64,000 nt of DNA. Origin: Pseudobdellovibrionaceae bacterium (GTDB lineage Bacteria; Bdellovibrionota; Bdellovibrionia; Bdellovibrionales; UBA1609). Below, piece by piece: positions 19,608 through 29,891 of this stretch (positions are counted from its first letter, which is position 1; every line of letters begins with the position of its first letter). Where the stretch lies: positions 1 through 64,000 of the forward strand of contig JAUVAX010000006.1 of the NCBI GenBank assembly GCA_030591685.1, written 5' to 3'. The translations under genes were made by a program, and so were the position numbers. The notes under the pieces are model-generated. The model did no database searches, was not told where the DNA came from, and saw nothing but the letters and a program-made list of their open reading frames with translations.

Positions 19608-19955
19608 ATGAGTAATAGTTTAAGGTCATATATAAGTGATAAGAAGCAAGAGTTAGAAAACAAGAACTATATCATTATGGTGGATCAAAATATATTTCAT
19701 ATCAGCACAGGGTTAAGTCGGCTGTTTGACCCTGGTTTAGAGAACGCTTCAGCAGCAAGTCTTTTTTCGCGAGATGAGCTTTCAGGGGTAAAAAATGACG
19801 TGAAAGAAGTTGTAAATGGTATATCTAAGGTAAAAATGAGGGGTGGTGCCTTTGAGTACATAGTTGACTTGTACACCCAGAGAGAAAAGGTCTGCGGTCG
19901 AGTGGTCAGTGCTATGATTGTAAGTGATATGAAAATTCTAACTAAAGCCGCTTAG
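19608..19955 (+). CDS. Small hypothetical protein, possibly a PAS-like fold
   Basis: AGGAG RBS before ATG 19608; TG-TATAAT at 19562-19569; no firm family motif. Confidence 0.55.
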   Translation: MSNSLRSYISDKKQELENKNYIIMVDQNIFHISTGLSRLFDPGLENASAASLFSRDELSGVKNDVKEVVNGISKVKMRGGAFEYIVDLYTQREKVCGRVVSAMIVSDMKILTKAA

Positions 19956-20749
19956 AGTATTGGTTCTTTATTTTTTACCTCAGTCCAAAGGCTTTCTTTT
20001 TGGTTGTCAGTGAGTTCCTTCCAGGAGAGAGACTGCTCACTGCAGAGCTCCATCATCGCATCAAATCGAGTTATAAATTTTTTATTAGCATTTCTTAAGC
20101 TTTGTTCAGCATCTAGGTTTAGGTGTCTCGAAAGTTGAGTGACTGAAAACAGTAAATCACCAAGTTCCTCTTGAATGTTTTTATTATGATTGTTTTTAAT
20201 AGCCTGTTTGAGCTCTAAAAGCTCTTCGTCGACTTTTTCAAGCACTTGCTCTGGTCGACTCCAGTCAAACTCTAGCCGCTGTGTTTTTTCACCAATTTTT
20301 TGACTATACATGAGGGCGGGCAATTGAGGGGGGAGGTCAAAAGTTTTTTTAAGGACATTGGGTTTTTCTTTTTTCTTCTGGAGCTCCCAGTTTTTAAGGA
20401 CCTCATCGGCGTCAGCCACTTTGAGGTCAGAAAAAACATGAGGGTGTCGCGTGATCATTTTATTAACTATTTTAGTAATAACGGTGTTTATATTAAAGTT
20501 ATTATTGTTCTGACTAAGTTGTGAGTGGAGCACAACCTGGAAGAGTAAATCACCCAGCTCCTCACTCATATGGGTGTCGTCGTCATTTTCAATGGCCTCT
20601 ACGCACTCATAAGCCTCTTCAACTATATACCGGGCCAAAGTGGTGTGAGTTTGCATTTTGTCCCAGGGGCAGCCCTTGGGGCCCAAAAGTGCGTCGACGA
20701 CTTGTATTAAACTTGAAAAATTATAGGGTGGGGTCGGTGGGGTAACCAT
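19952..20749 (-). CDS. mazG: Nucleoside triphosphate pyrophosphohydrolase MazG
   Basis: GCPWDKMQTH, EEAYE, EELGDLLFQV, RHPHVF, second EELGDLLF. Confidence 0.95.
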   Translation of the reverse strand: MVTPPTPPYNFSSLIQVVDALLGPKGCPWDKMQTHTTLARYIVEEAYECVEAIENDDDTHMSEELGDLLFQVVLHSQLSQNNNNFNINTVITKIVNKMITRHPHVFSDLKVADADEVLKNWELQKKKEKPNVLKKTFDLPPQLPALMYSQKIGEKTQRLEFDWSRPEQVLEKVDEELLELKQAIKNNHNKNIQEELGDLLFSVTQLSRHLNLDAEQSLRNANKKFITRFDAMMELCSEQSLSWKELTDNQKESLWTEVKNKEPIL

Positions 20750-20871
20750 ATGAAAGCCTTTTTGGGAGTGAATATTATTCAACGGCCTATCAGTTTAAAG
20801 GAGACTTGCAAAGAGTGAACTCTTGAGTTGTGCGCCGCGCTAAACTAAGGTCTTAATGTTAAAATGTAATT

Positions 20872-20899
20872 TACAAACCCCTTTCATAAGTGCCGATAA
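20872..20899 (+). promoter_or_regulatory. Possible sigma28 (FliA) promoter
   Basis: TACA-N16-GCCGATAA (consensus -10) 40 nt upstream of ATG 20939. Confidence 0.45.
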
Positions 20900-20938
20900 G
20901 AACTGTAACAAGTCAGTTAAATTAGGTATGATAGGTCT

Positions 20939-23374
20939 ATGAAGTCGAAATCAAATAAGAAGCCCTACTCTAAAGGGCCCGTTAAATTAAGGTCTAAGTA
21001 TAGTGACCAGTCTCAAAAGTTTAAGGACTGGGTAGATCAGCTGGGCTTTGAGCAAACGTTATTAGGCAAAATAGTTCAGAGTTTGGATGAGCGGTTTCAT
21101 ATTCGTAGAGTTTCCATGCTGTTTTTTTATTGTTTGGTACTGTCTTTTTTATTATTTTTCGACTTTGATTTTCAGCAAGATGTAGAGGTTGGTACCATAG
21201 CCAAGTCAGATTTTAAAGCGTCGCTTTCATTTGTTATGGTTGATGAGGTAGCCACTGAAAAAAAGAGAAATGAAGCGGAGGGTTCAGTGCCGCCAGTTTT
21301 TGACTATGACCCTATATCATACAAAGGGATCACGGAGCCCGTATATTTAGCTTTTAGAGAGTTCAGAGCTTTAGTGCGCAAGACTCGTTGGTCAAAGAAC
21401 GAAACTAAAAAAGAGGAGCAGGTAAAAGATTTTTTAATCAACAAGCCTAAGTTTGAAGAAATATACGGGCGTAAAATATCAAATCGATTGTTTGAGTGGC
21501 TGGTACAAGGTCAATTTAGCGTGCGTACCGAGAATATAATCAAAAATGCGTTAACAGAGTGGACTAGTGAAAAAATCGTAGATATCCCTCACCATATCGT
21601 AAACTTTGAAAACAAAACTGTAATTTTGAAAATTGTTGATGGACGTAAGTATTCAGCCAAAGAGGTGCCGGCAGACTTATCAAAAATAACAAATATAAAT
21701 GATGAGTCCGTATTTACGTTAAAAAATATTAAAAAAGTGAAGTCCTACAGTCGAGTGGGTCGAAAAAATTTAAAAGCACTTTCAAAGATTTTGATATTTC
21801 CTAATGTGACCTTTAACAAGGTTGAGACTTCAGACAGAAACCACCGGGCTAGAGATGCTATTTTGCCAGTGCAAATATCAATTAAAAAGAACCAAACAAT
21901 TGTTTCTCAGGGGAGTATTATACAGCCCGTTCATGTGACGATTTTTCATGAAATTAAAAAAAGAAAATCAGATCGAAGGACTGACTTTATAGCCCTAATG
22001 TCAGCACTCATGTTTGCAACGTTTATATTGGTGTTTTTTTCGTATACAAAAAGGTTCACCTTAAACAGGGTTCGAATTGAGCAAAGAGACCTTGCTGTTA
22101 TGGGCGTAATTGCATTGGTAGCAGTCCTAGTAATAAAAATATTTTTATTTATGACAGAGGCCGCTTTTGTGACTAAGTACGGTTTGCCGCCGAGTATGTT
22201 TTTGTATGCAGCACCGGTATCTGCAGCAGCTATGATTGTGGGTATGTTGGTCACCTCAGGAGAGGTGGTGTGGTTATTTACGGTGTTTATTTCTATTGTT
22301 TTAACCGTAATGACTGAAATGAATTTTTCGTTTTTTTTAGTGAGTCTAGTGGGGGGTGTTACAGCCGTTCGTGGGGTGCACAGTTGTGAAAAACGAAATG
22401 ATATATATCGAGCCGGCTTAAGAGTGGGCCTTGTTAATGGGCTTACAGTATTTTTTATAACTATGTTAACTAATATTGGATCTCAAGATTTGCTTAGAGA
22501 ACTAGCTTGGGATGTTCCGGCCAGTTTTTTTGGAGGACTGTTCTCCGCCATGGTGACGATGATGTTAATCCCTGTTGTAGAGAGTATTTTTAATTACACA
22601 ACCGATATTAAACTATTAGAGTTAAGTAATTTGAGTCACCCGTTAATGAAAGAGATGGTGTTAAAGGCTCCGGGGACCTATCATCACTCACTTGTCGTGG
22701 GCTCTATGGTGGACGCCGCCGCTAAAGAAATAGGAGCGAACGCACTTTTAGGAAAGGTCATGGCCTATTACCATGACATTGGAAAAATGGACCATGCTCA
22801 ATACTTTATAGAAAACCAAAGAAAGGGCTTTAACCCCCATGACCATATATCCCCCTATATGAGTAAAACAATTTTAATAGCGCATGTAAAAGACGGAGCA
22901 GAGCTAGGGTTAAAACATAAGTTGGGACGACCAATTATTGACGGCATACTTCAGCATCACGGCACAACCTTGATTTCTTATTTTTATAATAGGGCTCTAG
23001 AAGGGCACGATGACGACCATGGATATGTAGAAGAAAGTGACTTTCGCTACCCTGGGCCCAAGCCACAGTTTAAGGAGGCGGCTTTGGTGATGCTCGCTGA
23101 CAGTATTGAGGCCGCAGCAAGGTCGCTTGATGACCCCACCCCAGCACGGTTACAAAATATTGTTCAAAGTATTATACAAAATAAATTTATGGATGCTCAG
23201 CTCAGTGACTGTGACCTGACACTACAGGATTTATCTATTATTGAAGAGTCCTTTGAGCACGTTATTTTAGCCATATACCATCAGAGGGTAGAGTATCCAG
23301 GCCAGGCCAAATCTGAGCCTAAAGAGAGTGGTAAAAAAAATGTAACACGATTAAGCCCAAAACTGGGTTCATGA
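20939..23374 (+). CDS. 7TM-HD (HDIG) phosphohydrolase, PgpH-like
   Basis: TM + extracellular domain + 7TM + HD domain (APGTYHHS, YHDIGK, HVKDG, QHHGT, FRYPGPKP, LADSIEAA); upstream of ybeY. Confidence 0.9.
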   Translation: MKSKSNKKPYSKGPVKLRSKYSDQSQKFKDWVDQLGFEQTLLGKIVQSLDERFHIRRVSMLFFYCLVLSFLLFFDFDFQQDVEVGTIAKSDFKASLSFVMVDEVATEKKRNEAEGSVPPVFDYDPISYKGITEPVYLAFREFRALVRKTRWSKNETKKEEQVKDFLINKPKFEEIYGRKISNRLFEWLVQGQFSVRTENIIKNALTEWTSEKIVDIPHHIVNFENKTVILKIVDGRKYSAKEVPADLSKITNINDESVFTLKNIKKVKSYSRVGRKNLKALSKILIFPNVTFNKVETSDRNHRARDAILPVQISIKKNQTIVSQGSIIQPVHVTIFHEIKKRKSDRRTDFIALMSALMFATFILVFFSYTKRFTLNRVRIEQRDLAVMGVIALVAVLVIKIFLFMTEAAFVTKYGLPPSMFLYAAPVSAAAMIVGMLVTSGEVVWLFTVFISIVLTVMTEMNFSFFLVSLVGGVTAVRGVHSCEKRNDIYRAGLRVGLVNGLTVFFITMLTNIGSQDLLRELAWDVPASFFGGLFSAMVTMMLIPVVESIFNYTTDIKLLELSNLSHPLMKEMVLKAPGTYHHSLVVGSMVDAAAKEIGANALLGKVMAYYHDIGKMDHAQYFIENQRKGFNPHDHISPYMSKTILIAHVKDGAELGLKHKLGRPIIDGILQHHGTTLISYFYNRALEGHDDDHGYVEESDFRYPGPKPQFKEAALVMLADSIEAAARSLDDPTPARLQNIVQSIIQNKFMDAQLSDCDLTLQDLSIIEESFEHVILAIYHQRVEYPGQAKSEPKESGKKNVTRLSPKLGS

Positions 23375-23817
23375 TGAACGTACTTTTTGTGAACCAAACT
23401 CAAAATCAAATTAATGAACGGGTATTTAAAGAGGCGATTGATTTATTTGTTGATTTTTTACAAGCGCAGAAAATAAAACTCTCAAAACCATTTACCCTTG
23501 AGTTGAGTTTAGTTTTTATGGATGAGGCTCCAGCGGCAAGTTTAAATGATCAATTTCGCTCAAGCCCACAAGCGACGGATATACTTAGTTTTGAGCCCGT
23601 AGACCCATTGAGTTTTGGCGAACTTGTTATTTGCCCAGATGTGGTTAAAAAACAGGCTAAAGAACATAAATTAACTTTTGAGCAAGAGTGTGTTTATTTA
23701 ATTTATCATGGGATTTTGCACCTCTTGGGCTATGACCACGAAGAGCAAAATATTGCGGCCAAAGAGATGTTTAATTTGCAGGACCGTGGTTTTGAGCTAT
23801 TTTTGCACCGCGCTTGA
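23371..23817 (+). CDS. ybeY: rRNA maturation endoribonuclease YbeY
   Basis: TDILSF, GELVIC, HGILHLLGYDH. Confidence 0.95.
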   Translation: MMNVLFVNQTQNQINERVFKEAIDLFVDFLQAQKIKLSKPFTLELSLVFMDEAPAASLNDQFRSSPQATDILSFEPVDPLSFGELVICPDVVKKQAKEHKLTFEQECVYLIYHGILHLLGYDHEEQNIAAKEMFNLQDRGFELFLHRA

Positions 23818-23881
23818 AAGAAAGTAAATGATCTCGTGCTCATATCGTTTTATGATACCTTGTTCTTCATAAGGTGAAAGT

Positions 23882-25004
23882 ATGTCAATCGAAACTGAAA
23901 TTGCAGATATTAGGGTGTCATTAAAAGAGCTTGAGGTTAAGAGCTCTGAACTTCGGGGGTATCTTTGATGTTGAAAAAAAGAAAAAGCGTTTACAAGAGT
24001 TAGACCTTTCTAGTCAAAACCCTGATGTTTGGAACAACCATAAAGAGATGCAAAACATCAATCAAGAAAAAGCCTCTTTAGAGAAAGTGGTTGGGTCTTG
24101 GGCTCAATTAAATCAAAAAATTGAAGACGCTCAGCTATTATTAGAAATGACTCAAGAAGAGGGTGATGAGGAGGGTTTTAATGAACTTAAGCTTGAAATG
24201 GATATTATTACGGCTCACGCCACCTCTTTAGAGACCCAAAGCCTTCTTAATGGAGAGCTCGATCAAAACAGCTCATATATGACCATAAACTCAGGTGCCG
24301 GAGGGACTGAGGCCTGCGATTGGGCCGGAATGCTGCTGAGAATGTTTACCAGGTATAGCGAAAAGCAGCAATTTAAAGTAGAGCTTTTAGAGCTCACTGA
24401 GGGCGAAGAGGCTGGGATTAAATCGGCAACCTTACACATTCAAGGGACCTACGCCTACGGGCTATTAAAAGCTGAAACTGGAGTTCATAGGCTTGTGCGG
24501 ATCAGCCCCTTTGACTCTAATGCCAGAAGGCATACAAGCTTCGCTGCAGTTCATGTTTGGCCTGAAATAGATGATGATATTGAAATTGAGGTTAAAGACG
24601 AAGACTTACGTATTGATACTTATAGGTCTGGCGGCAAGGGGGGGCAGCATGTGAATAAAACAGACTCAGCAGTAAGAATAACCCACACCCCAACTGGTGC
24701 TGTTGTGCAATGTCAAAGTCAGAGAAGCCAGCTGGCCAACCGTGAAGCTTGTATGAAAATGTTAAAAGCGGCTTTATATGAATTAGAAACTGAAAAACGT
24801 CAAAAAGAAAAAGATCAAACAGAGGCTGGTAAGAGAGCCAATGAATGGGGGAGTCAGATAAGGTCTTATGTTTTAGCCCCGTACCAAATGGTCAAGGACC
24901 ACCGAACTCATTGCGAGTCGAGTAACCCAGACAACGTATTAGATGGTTCGTTAGATATATTTATTGAGGCCTTTTTAAAATCAAAAGCCCAGGGTGACTT
25001 GTGA
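23882..25004 (+). CDS. prfB: Peptide chain release factor 2, translated via a programmed +1 frameshift at codon 28
   Basis: ATG 23882 opens MSIETEIADIRVSLKELEVKSSELRGYL then CTT TGA; the +1 frame continues DVEKKKK..SPF..GGQHVNKTDSAVR. Confidence 0.95.
23954..23969 (+). promoter_or_regulatory. prfB +1 frameshift cassette (internal SD, slippery CTT-T, UGA)
   Basis: CGGGGG-TAT-CTT-TGA-T. Confidence 0.93.
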
Positions 25005-26233
25005 ATCGACTTTTTTTTAAATTTTGGATTGCTTGGAGATACTTGTTTGAGAGAGGAGGCTCCCGTTTAACCTCAAGCCTTGGGATTTTAGGTTTAAGCC
25101 TTGGAGTGGCGAGCCTCTTTGTGTCTATGGCGGTTATAAGTGGTTACGAAACCACTTTGAAGACAAGTCTTATTGATATGGTCGGACATGTTTTGGTGGT
25201 TAAACGAGGTTCTAGCGAAAAAAAAATTGATAATTTAATAGAAGACCTCAGTCCATTTATGAGCTCTATAAAAGAGTACTCTCCTTTTTTATGGCTTGAA
25301 GGTCTTTTGGTTCATAACGGCAAGCTCAATGGTATTTTGATAGAGGGCGTTGACCCTGAAACGGTACAAAATGTATTGAATTTTGAATCAAGAGTGATTC
25401 AGGGGCGAGTAGACTTTGGTTTTGAGGATAAAATTATAAAAGTTCTTGTTGGTAAGGGGCTCAGTCAAAAATTTAATTTAAAAATTAATGATGTATTTAA
25501 AGTAGCTATACCAACGGGTCAAGATATATACAGCTCTGATGTAAGACCTAAGATTGTAAAGCTTAAGCTTTCGGGTGTTTTAGAGTTAGGTCGATATGAT
25601 TATAATCAAAGGTTTATAATGATGGACCTTCAGTCGGCACAAAGTATTCTTAATAAGCCAGGTAGAATTTCTGGAGTGCGAACACTTTTAAATGATGAAA
25701 ATTTAGCAGATGATGTGAGCTTTAAAATTAATACTGATTTAGGGGACCCTTATTATGCGAAATCATGGATGGATCATGAGAGAAACATGTTTGATGCTGT
25801 TAAACTTGAAAAGCGGGTGATATTTTTTGTTTTGCTAGTGATTGTCATTGCAGCCTGCTTTAACGTTTCTAGCACTATATATGTAAGCGTTCTTAAAAAA
25901 ATGAAAGACATTAGTATTTTACAAGCGATGGGTTTAAAAAAGAGCGATGTTCGACATATTTTTTGTTTGCAAGGGCTGTACATAGGAGTTCTTGGTAGTT
26001 TGTTTGGCATTGTGCTGGGGCTTATTTTTTGTGGAGGTTTTTTGTGGATACAAACACACTTTTCTATACTTCCGGCAGAAGCCTATAAGTTAGATTTTAT
26101 TTATTTAGATTTACGGGTGGGCGATCTTTTTTGGGTTATAATGGCGTCATTACTGATTTGTCTATGCTCGGCCTTAATACCAGCTGCCAAGGGCGCAAAC
26201 ATTAATATTGTTGAAGGGGTTCGTTATGAATAA
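25001..26233 (+). CDS. lolC: Lipoprotein-releasing ABC transporter permease LolC/E
   Basis: LGVASLFVSMAVISGY, GVDP, IAACFNV, DISILQAMG; followed by lolD and bamA. Confidence 0.85.
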   Translation: MNRLFFKFWIAWRYLFERGGSRLTSSLGILGLSLGVASLFVSMAVISGYETTLKTSLIDMVGHVLVVKRGSSEKKIDNLIEDLSPFMSSIKEYSPFLWLEGLLVHNGKLNGILIEGVDPETVQNVLNFESRVIQGRVDFGFEDKIIKVLVGKGLSQKFNLKINDVFKVAIPTGQDIYSSDVRPKIVKLKLSGVLELGRYDYNQRFIMMDLQSAQSILNKPGRISGVRTLLNDENLADDVSFKINTDLGDPYYAKSWMDHERNMFDAVKLEKRVIFFVLLVIVIAACFNVSSTIYVSVLKKMKDISILQAMGLKKSDVRHIFCLQGLYIGVLGSLFGIVLGLIFCGGFLWIQTHFSILPAEAYKLDFIYLDLRVGDLFWVIMASLLICLCSALIPAAKGANINIVEGVRYE

Positions 26234-26903
26234 TAATTTAATTAAAGCTTATGGTCTTTGGAAGATTTATAATCAGGGAGGTAATGAGCTTAATATTTTA
26301 AAAGGTGTAGATTTCGAAGTCAGTGAAAAAGAAGCGGTTTGTATTGTTGGGGCCTCTGGGACAGGTAAAAGCACGTTGTTACACATTTTAGGTGCTCTCG
26401 ATAGGCCCTCATCAGGAGAGGTTTATTATAAAGGAGAGAGCGTTTTTGATAAAACCGACGATCAACTAGCTCTCTTTAGAAACCAAGAGATGGGGTTTGT
26501 TTTTCAATTCCACCACCTTCTGCCTGAATTCACAGCACTAGAGAACGTGATGATGCCTGCGAAAATATCAGGCACTTTAGATAAAAAAAGCCGAGAAAAA
26601 GCTTTAATATTATTAGACCAGCTGAATTTGGTTGACCGCTTGCGACATTATCCTTCTCAACTAAGTGGGGGAGAGCAGCAACGGGTAGCCATTGCAAGGG
26701 CTTTAATTAATGATCCCAAAATACTTTTTTGTGACGAACCTACGGGCAACTTAGATTCAAAAAGCTCTCAGGTCATCCAGGACTTGTTTTTTGAGCTTAA
26801 AGACAAAATGGGGTTAGCATTGGTTGTTGTAACGCATAACCTTCAGTTTGCTGAAAAGTTCCACACAAAAAAAATACTTGTAGACGGTCAGTGGGCTAAT
26901 TAA
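26226..26903 (+). CDS. lolD: Lipoprotein-releasing ABC transporter ATPase
   Basis: [53 protein letters not shown]. Confidence 0.92.
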   Translation: MNNNLIKAYGLWKIYNQGGNELNILKGVDFEVSEKEAVCIVGASGTGKSTLLHILGALDRPSSGEVYYKGESVFDKTDDQLALFRNQEMGFVFQFHHLLPEFTALENVMMPAKISGTLDKKSREKALILLDQLNLVDRLRHYPSQLSGGEQQRVAIARALINDPKILFCDEPTGNLDSKSSQVIQDLFFELKDKMGLALVVVTHNLQFAEKFHTKKILVDGQWAN

Positions 26904-26929
26904 ACACGTGGTCGTAAGTTTGAGGCATT

Positions 26930-26958
26930 TTGACATCTGTAATGTTTCAAGCTAGGGT
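26930..26958 (+). promoter_or_regulatory. Sigma70-type promoter for the bamA operon
   Basis: TTGACA-N17-TAGGGT about 48 nt upstream of bamA. Confidence 0.55.
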
Positions 26959-27006
26959 TTCTCAAATTTTAAACTAAGTGCCTTAAAATATTGAGAATTT
27001 ACGCCT

Positions 27007-29340
27007 ATGAAAAACACGTTTAAAAAGCTTACTTTTACGACATGGATTTTCCTATTTAGTGTTCAAGGTTGGTCGGCTCAGGCTTTTGATCGAAGCCCCT
27101 CAGCTGTAACTAAAATTTTAAAAATTCAAATTCGCGGTAATAAGAAAATAGAAATCCCTTCAATATTAGATAAGATTGAATCGGCTAAAACCCTGATCTA
27201 CTCTAAAGCTCAAATTCGTAAAGATATTCAGGCGTTGTTTGATACGGGCTTCTTTTATGATGTGAGTGTTGATAAAAAAAATAGTGGAAGCAAAGTTATT
27301 TTAACTTACACAGTGATCGAAAAGCCATCTATTGTTGCCGTGAATTTTGTAGGCAATAGTAAAATCAAAGATGCCGAGCTGTCCGAGGCTATCGGCATAA
27401 AGAACTTTGAATTATTAAACACATCACGAATCAGTGAGGGTGTTGAAAAGGTAGAAAAACTATACGAAGAAAAGGGATATTTTTTAGCCCGTATTGAGCA
27501 TAAAATTGAAAACGTTAAAACGGGCGCTAAGATTATATTTATCATTAATGAGAATGATCAAGTAAGAGTTAAGCAAATTAGAATTTTAGGTAATCACAAC
27601 ATACCCACAGATAAATTAAAATCATCAATTAGGACTCAAGAGGGTGGGTTTTTTAGCTTTATGTCCTCGGGCGACTCATTTAAAAAAGATATTTTTGATC
27701 AAGACATGCGCATGCTTAATTTTTTGTATTTTAATGAGGGTTACATTCAGGCAAAAATTGATCGCCCGCAGGTTTTTGTAACCCCTGATAAAAAAGATAT
27801 TTATATAACCATTCGAGTGGACGAAGGTGAGCAGTATAAAATTGGCGGAATCAGCTTTGCCGGCGACATCATTTTTGATGAACAAGAGGTTCGAGATAAG
27901 TTGAAGCTCAATGTGGGAGATATGTTTTCGTCCCAAAAATTACAATTAGATTTACGTGAAATACAGGCTAAGTACGGAGATTTAGGTTATGCCTATGCCA
28001 ACCCAATACCAAGAACAGACATTCGGCCCCAAGAAAAAAAGGTGTATATTACCTACGAGGTTGAAAAAGGCCAAAAAGTATACATTAACAAAATAAAAGT
28101 GGTTGGTAATACTCGAACTCGAGATAAAGTAGTTCGCCGTGAGTTAAAGATACTTGAAGGTGAGCTTTATAATGAATCTCGAAAAAGAGAGTCCGAGGAA
28201 GGCGTTAAAAGGTTAGGTTTTTTTGAAAAGGTAACCTTTAGTACAAGTACTCCCGATGGTCGTCAGGACCAAATGGATATTGATATTATTGTAAAAGAGC
28301 GCAATACAGGGAGCCTTCAAGTCGGTGCTGGGTACGGGAGTCAGCAGGGTTTTGTGTTTATGGGTCAGATCAACCAAACAAACCTCTTTGGTAAGGGGCA
28401 GAAATTGGGAGCGGCCCTGAACGTTAATAGTAATAAAACAGATTTTTCAGTGAACTTTACAGAGCCCTACTTTAAGGACACTAAGTGGTCAGTCGGATTT
28501 GATGCCTATCATAATTCTGACGAGAGCTCCGAGTTTAAGCAAGATAAAACAGGCGGAGCCTTTCGTGTGGGCCACCCCATTGCGGCCTACACCTATGGGT
28601 TTTTAAGATACAAAGTTGATTATACGAAAATAACATTAATTGAAGGCGACAAGGATATCTTTCCGGTAGAAACAGCTAATGGACAAACAAACTCTATTAC
28701 AGCCTCCGTCCAATACGATAAGAGAAATGATCGATTTGTACCGTCAGAGGGGATGTTCTCCAGTTTATCTCTTGAGTATGCAGGGCTTTTTGGCGGTATC
28801 TCTTATACAAAAGGCTTAGCGAACTTTAGATATTACCACACCGTATTTTGGGATGTGATTTGGAGAAACAACCTGGTATATGGCTTTGTAAACTCCAATG
28901 GCTCGGGAGAACCGCCCTTTAACCAACGCTTTTTACTCGGGGGGCCAAATACATTAAGAGGCTACTATTACTCTACTGTGGGTAAAAGAAAGCGGTCGAA
29001 GGCAGCCTTTGACCAAGCGCAGGCAGATGGAAAATCTAATGAAGAGTCTGAAGTATTAGCTTTAAGGCCCTTTGGTGGGGAGCAGCAATTTTACTACAAC
29101 TTAGAGTTTATGTTTCCGCTTGTTAAAGAGGCTCGGGTTCACGGGGTGGTATTTTATGACATTGGTGAGGCCCAGGATACTATTGATTTCTCTGACTTAA
29201 AAAGTAATTTTGGTTTTGGCTTCAGATGGATCTCACCTCTTGGCCCCTTGCGTTTTGAATGGGGTTTCCCGGTTAGTCCAGATGTGCGGTTTCACCCAGA
29301 TGAAATGTTTTTTAACTTTCATATTGGCACGCCATTTTAA
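27007..29340 (+). CDS. bamA: Outer membrane protein assembly factor BamA
   Basis: POTRA repeats (GNTRTRDKVVRRE), NLFGKGQ, LRGY, SPLGPLRF, C-terminal F. Confidence 0.97.
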   Translation: MKNTFKKLTFTTWIFLFSVQGWSAQAFDRSPSAVTKILKIQIRGNKKIEIPSILDKIESAKTLIYSKAQIRKDIQALFDTGFFYDVSVDKKNSGSKVILTYTVIEKPSIVAVNFVGNSKIKDAELSEAIGIKNFELLNTSRISEGVEKVEKLYEEKGYFLARIEHKIENVKTGAKIIFIINENDQVRVKQIRILGNHNIPTDKLKSSIRTQEGGFFSFMSSGDSFKKDIFDQDMRMLNFLYFNEGYIQAKIDRPQVFVTPDKKDIYITIRVDEGEQYKIGGISFAGDIIFDEQEVRDKLKLNVGDMFSSQKLQLDLREIQAKYGDLGYAYANPIPRTDIRPQEKKVYITYEVEKGQKVYINKIKVVGNTRTRDKVVRRELKILEGELYNESRKRESEEGVKRLGFFEKVTFSTSTPDGRQDQMDIDIIVKERNTGSLQVGAGYGSQQGFVFMGQINQTNLFGKGQKLGAALNVNSNKTDFSVNFTEPYFKDTKWSVGFDAYHNSDESSEFKQDKTGGAFRVGHPIAAYTYGFLRYKVDYTKITLIEGDKDIFPVETANGQTNSITASVQYDKRNDRFVPSEGMFSSLSLEYAGLFGGISYTKGLANFRYYHTVFWDVIWRNNLVYGFVNSNGSGEPPFNQRFLLGGPNTLRGYYYSTVGKRKRSKAAFDQAQADGKSNEESEVLALRPFGGEQQFYYNLEFMFPLVKEARVHGVVFYDIGEAQDTIDFSDLKSNFGFGFRWISPLGPLRFEWGFPVSPDVRFHPDEMFFNFHIGTPF

Positions 29341-29378
29341 ACATGTATAATTTAAACAATTTTTTAGGGGATGATAGT

Positions 29379-29888
29379 ATGAAATTAAAAAGGCTAGTGT
29401 TTTTACCAGTATTATTTTTTAGTGTAGTGTCGATGGCCTCACAAAAAATTGGGTATGTTGACGTGCAAAGGGCGATCCTTTCAACAAAAGCGGGCAAGGC
29501 GGCAAAGAAAAAAATAGAAGCTGAAGTCGGCAAAAGAAAGAAGTCTCTTGATAAAAATAGGACTGCTGTTGAAAAAATGCAAAAGCATTTTCAAAAAAAG
29601 AGCCTTGTCCTTACAGACCAGGCAAAAAATAAAAAAATGGCTGAAATTCAAAGAGAGGGTATGAAGCTTCAGGAGCTCTATATGAAAATGCAAAAAGAGC
29701 TGCAGAAAAAAGAAAGAGACCTTCAAGAACCCATACTTAAAAGCCTCAAAGCGGCTATCGAAAAAATCGCGAAGTCTGAGAAGTACGATGTCGTGTTAGA
29801 AAAATCGCAAAGTTTACTGTGGGCCTCTAAATCGATCGATTTAACAAGTAAAGTGGTTAAAGAGTTTGAGAAAATCCATAAGAATTAA
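29379..29888 (+). CDS. skp: Periplasmic chaperone Skp/OmpH
   Basis: Signal peptide, KIGYVDVQRAI, coiled coil, IDLTSKVV; follows bamA. Confidence 0.9.
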   Translation: MKLKRLVFLPVLFFSVVSMASQKIGYVDVQRAILSTKAGKAAKKKIEAEVGKRKKSLDKNRTAVEKMQKHFQKKSLVLTDQAKNKKMAEIQREGMKLQELYMKMQKELQKKERDLQEPILKSLKAAIEKIAKSEKYDVVLEKSQSLLWASKSIDLTSKVVKEFEKIHKN

Positions 29889-29891
29889 AAA

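Noticed and set aside
23931..25004. prfB as a truncated gene or pseudogene, or starting at TTG 23931
   Set aside because: Explained by the programmed +1 frameshift from ATG 23882
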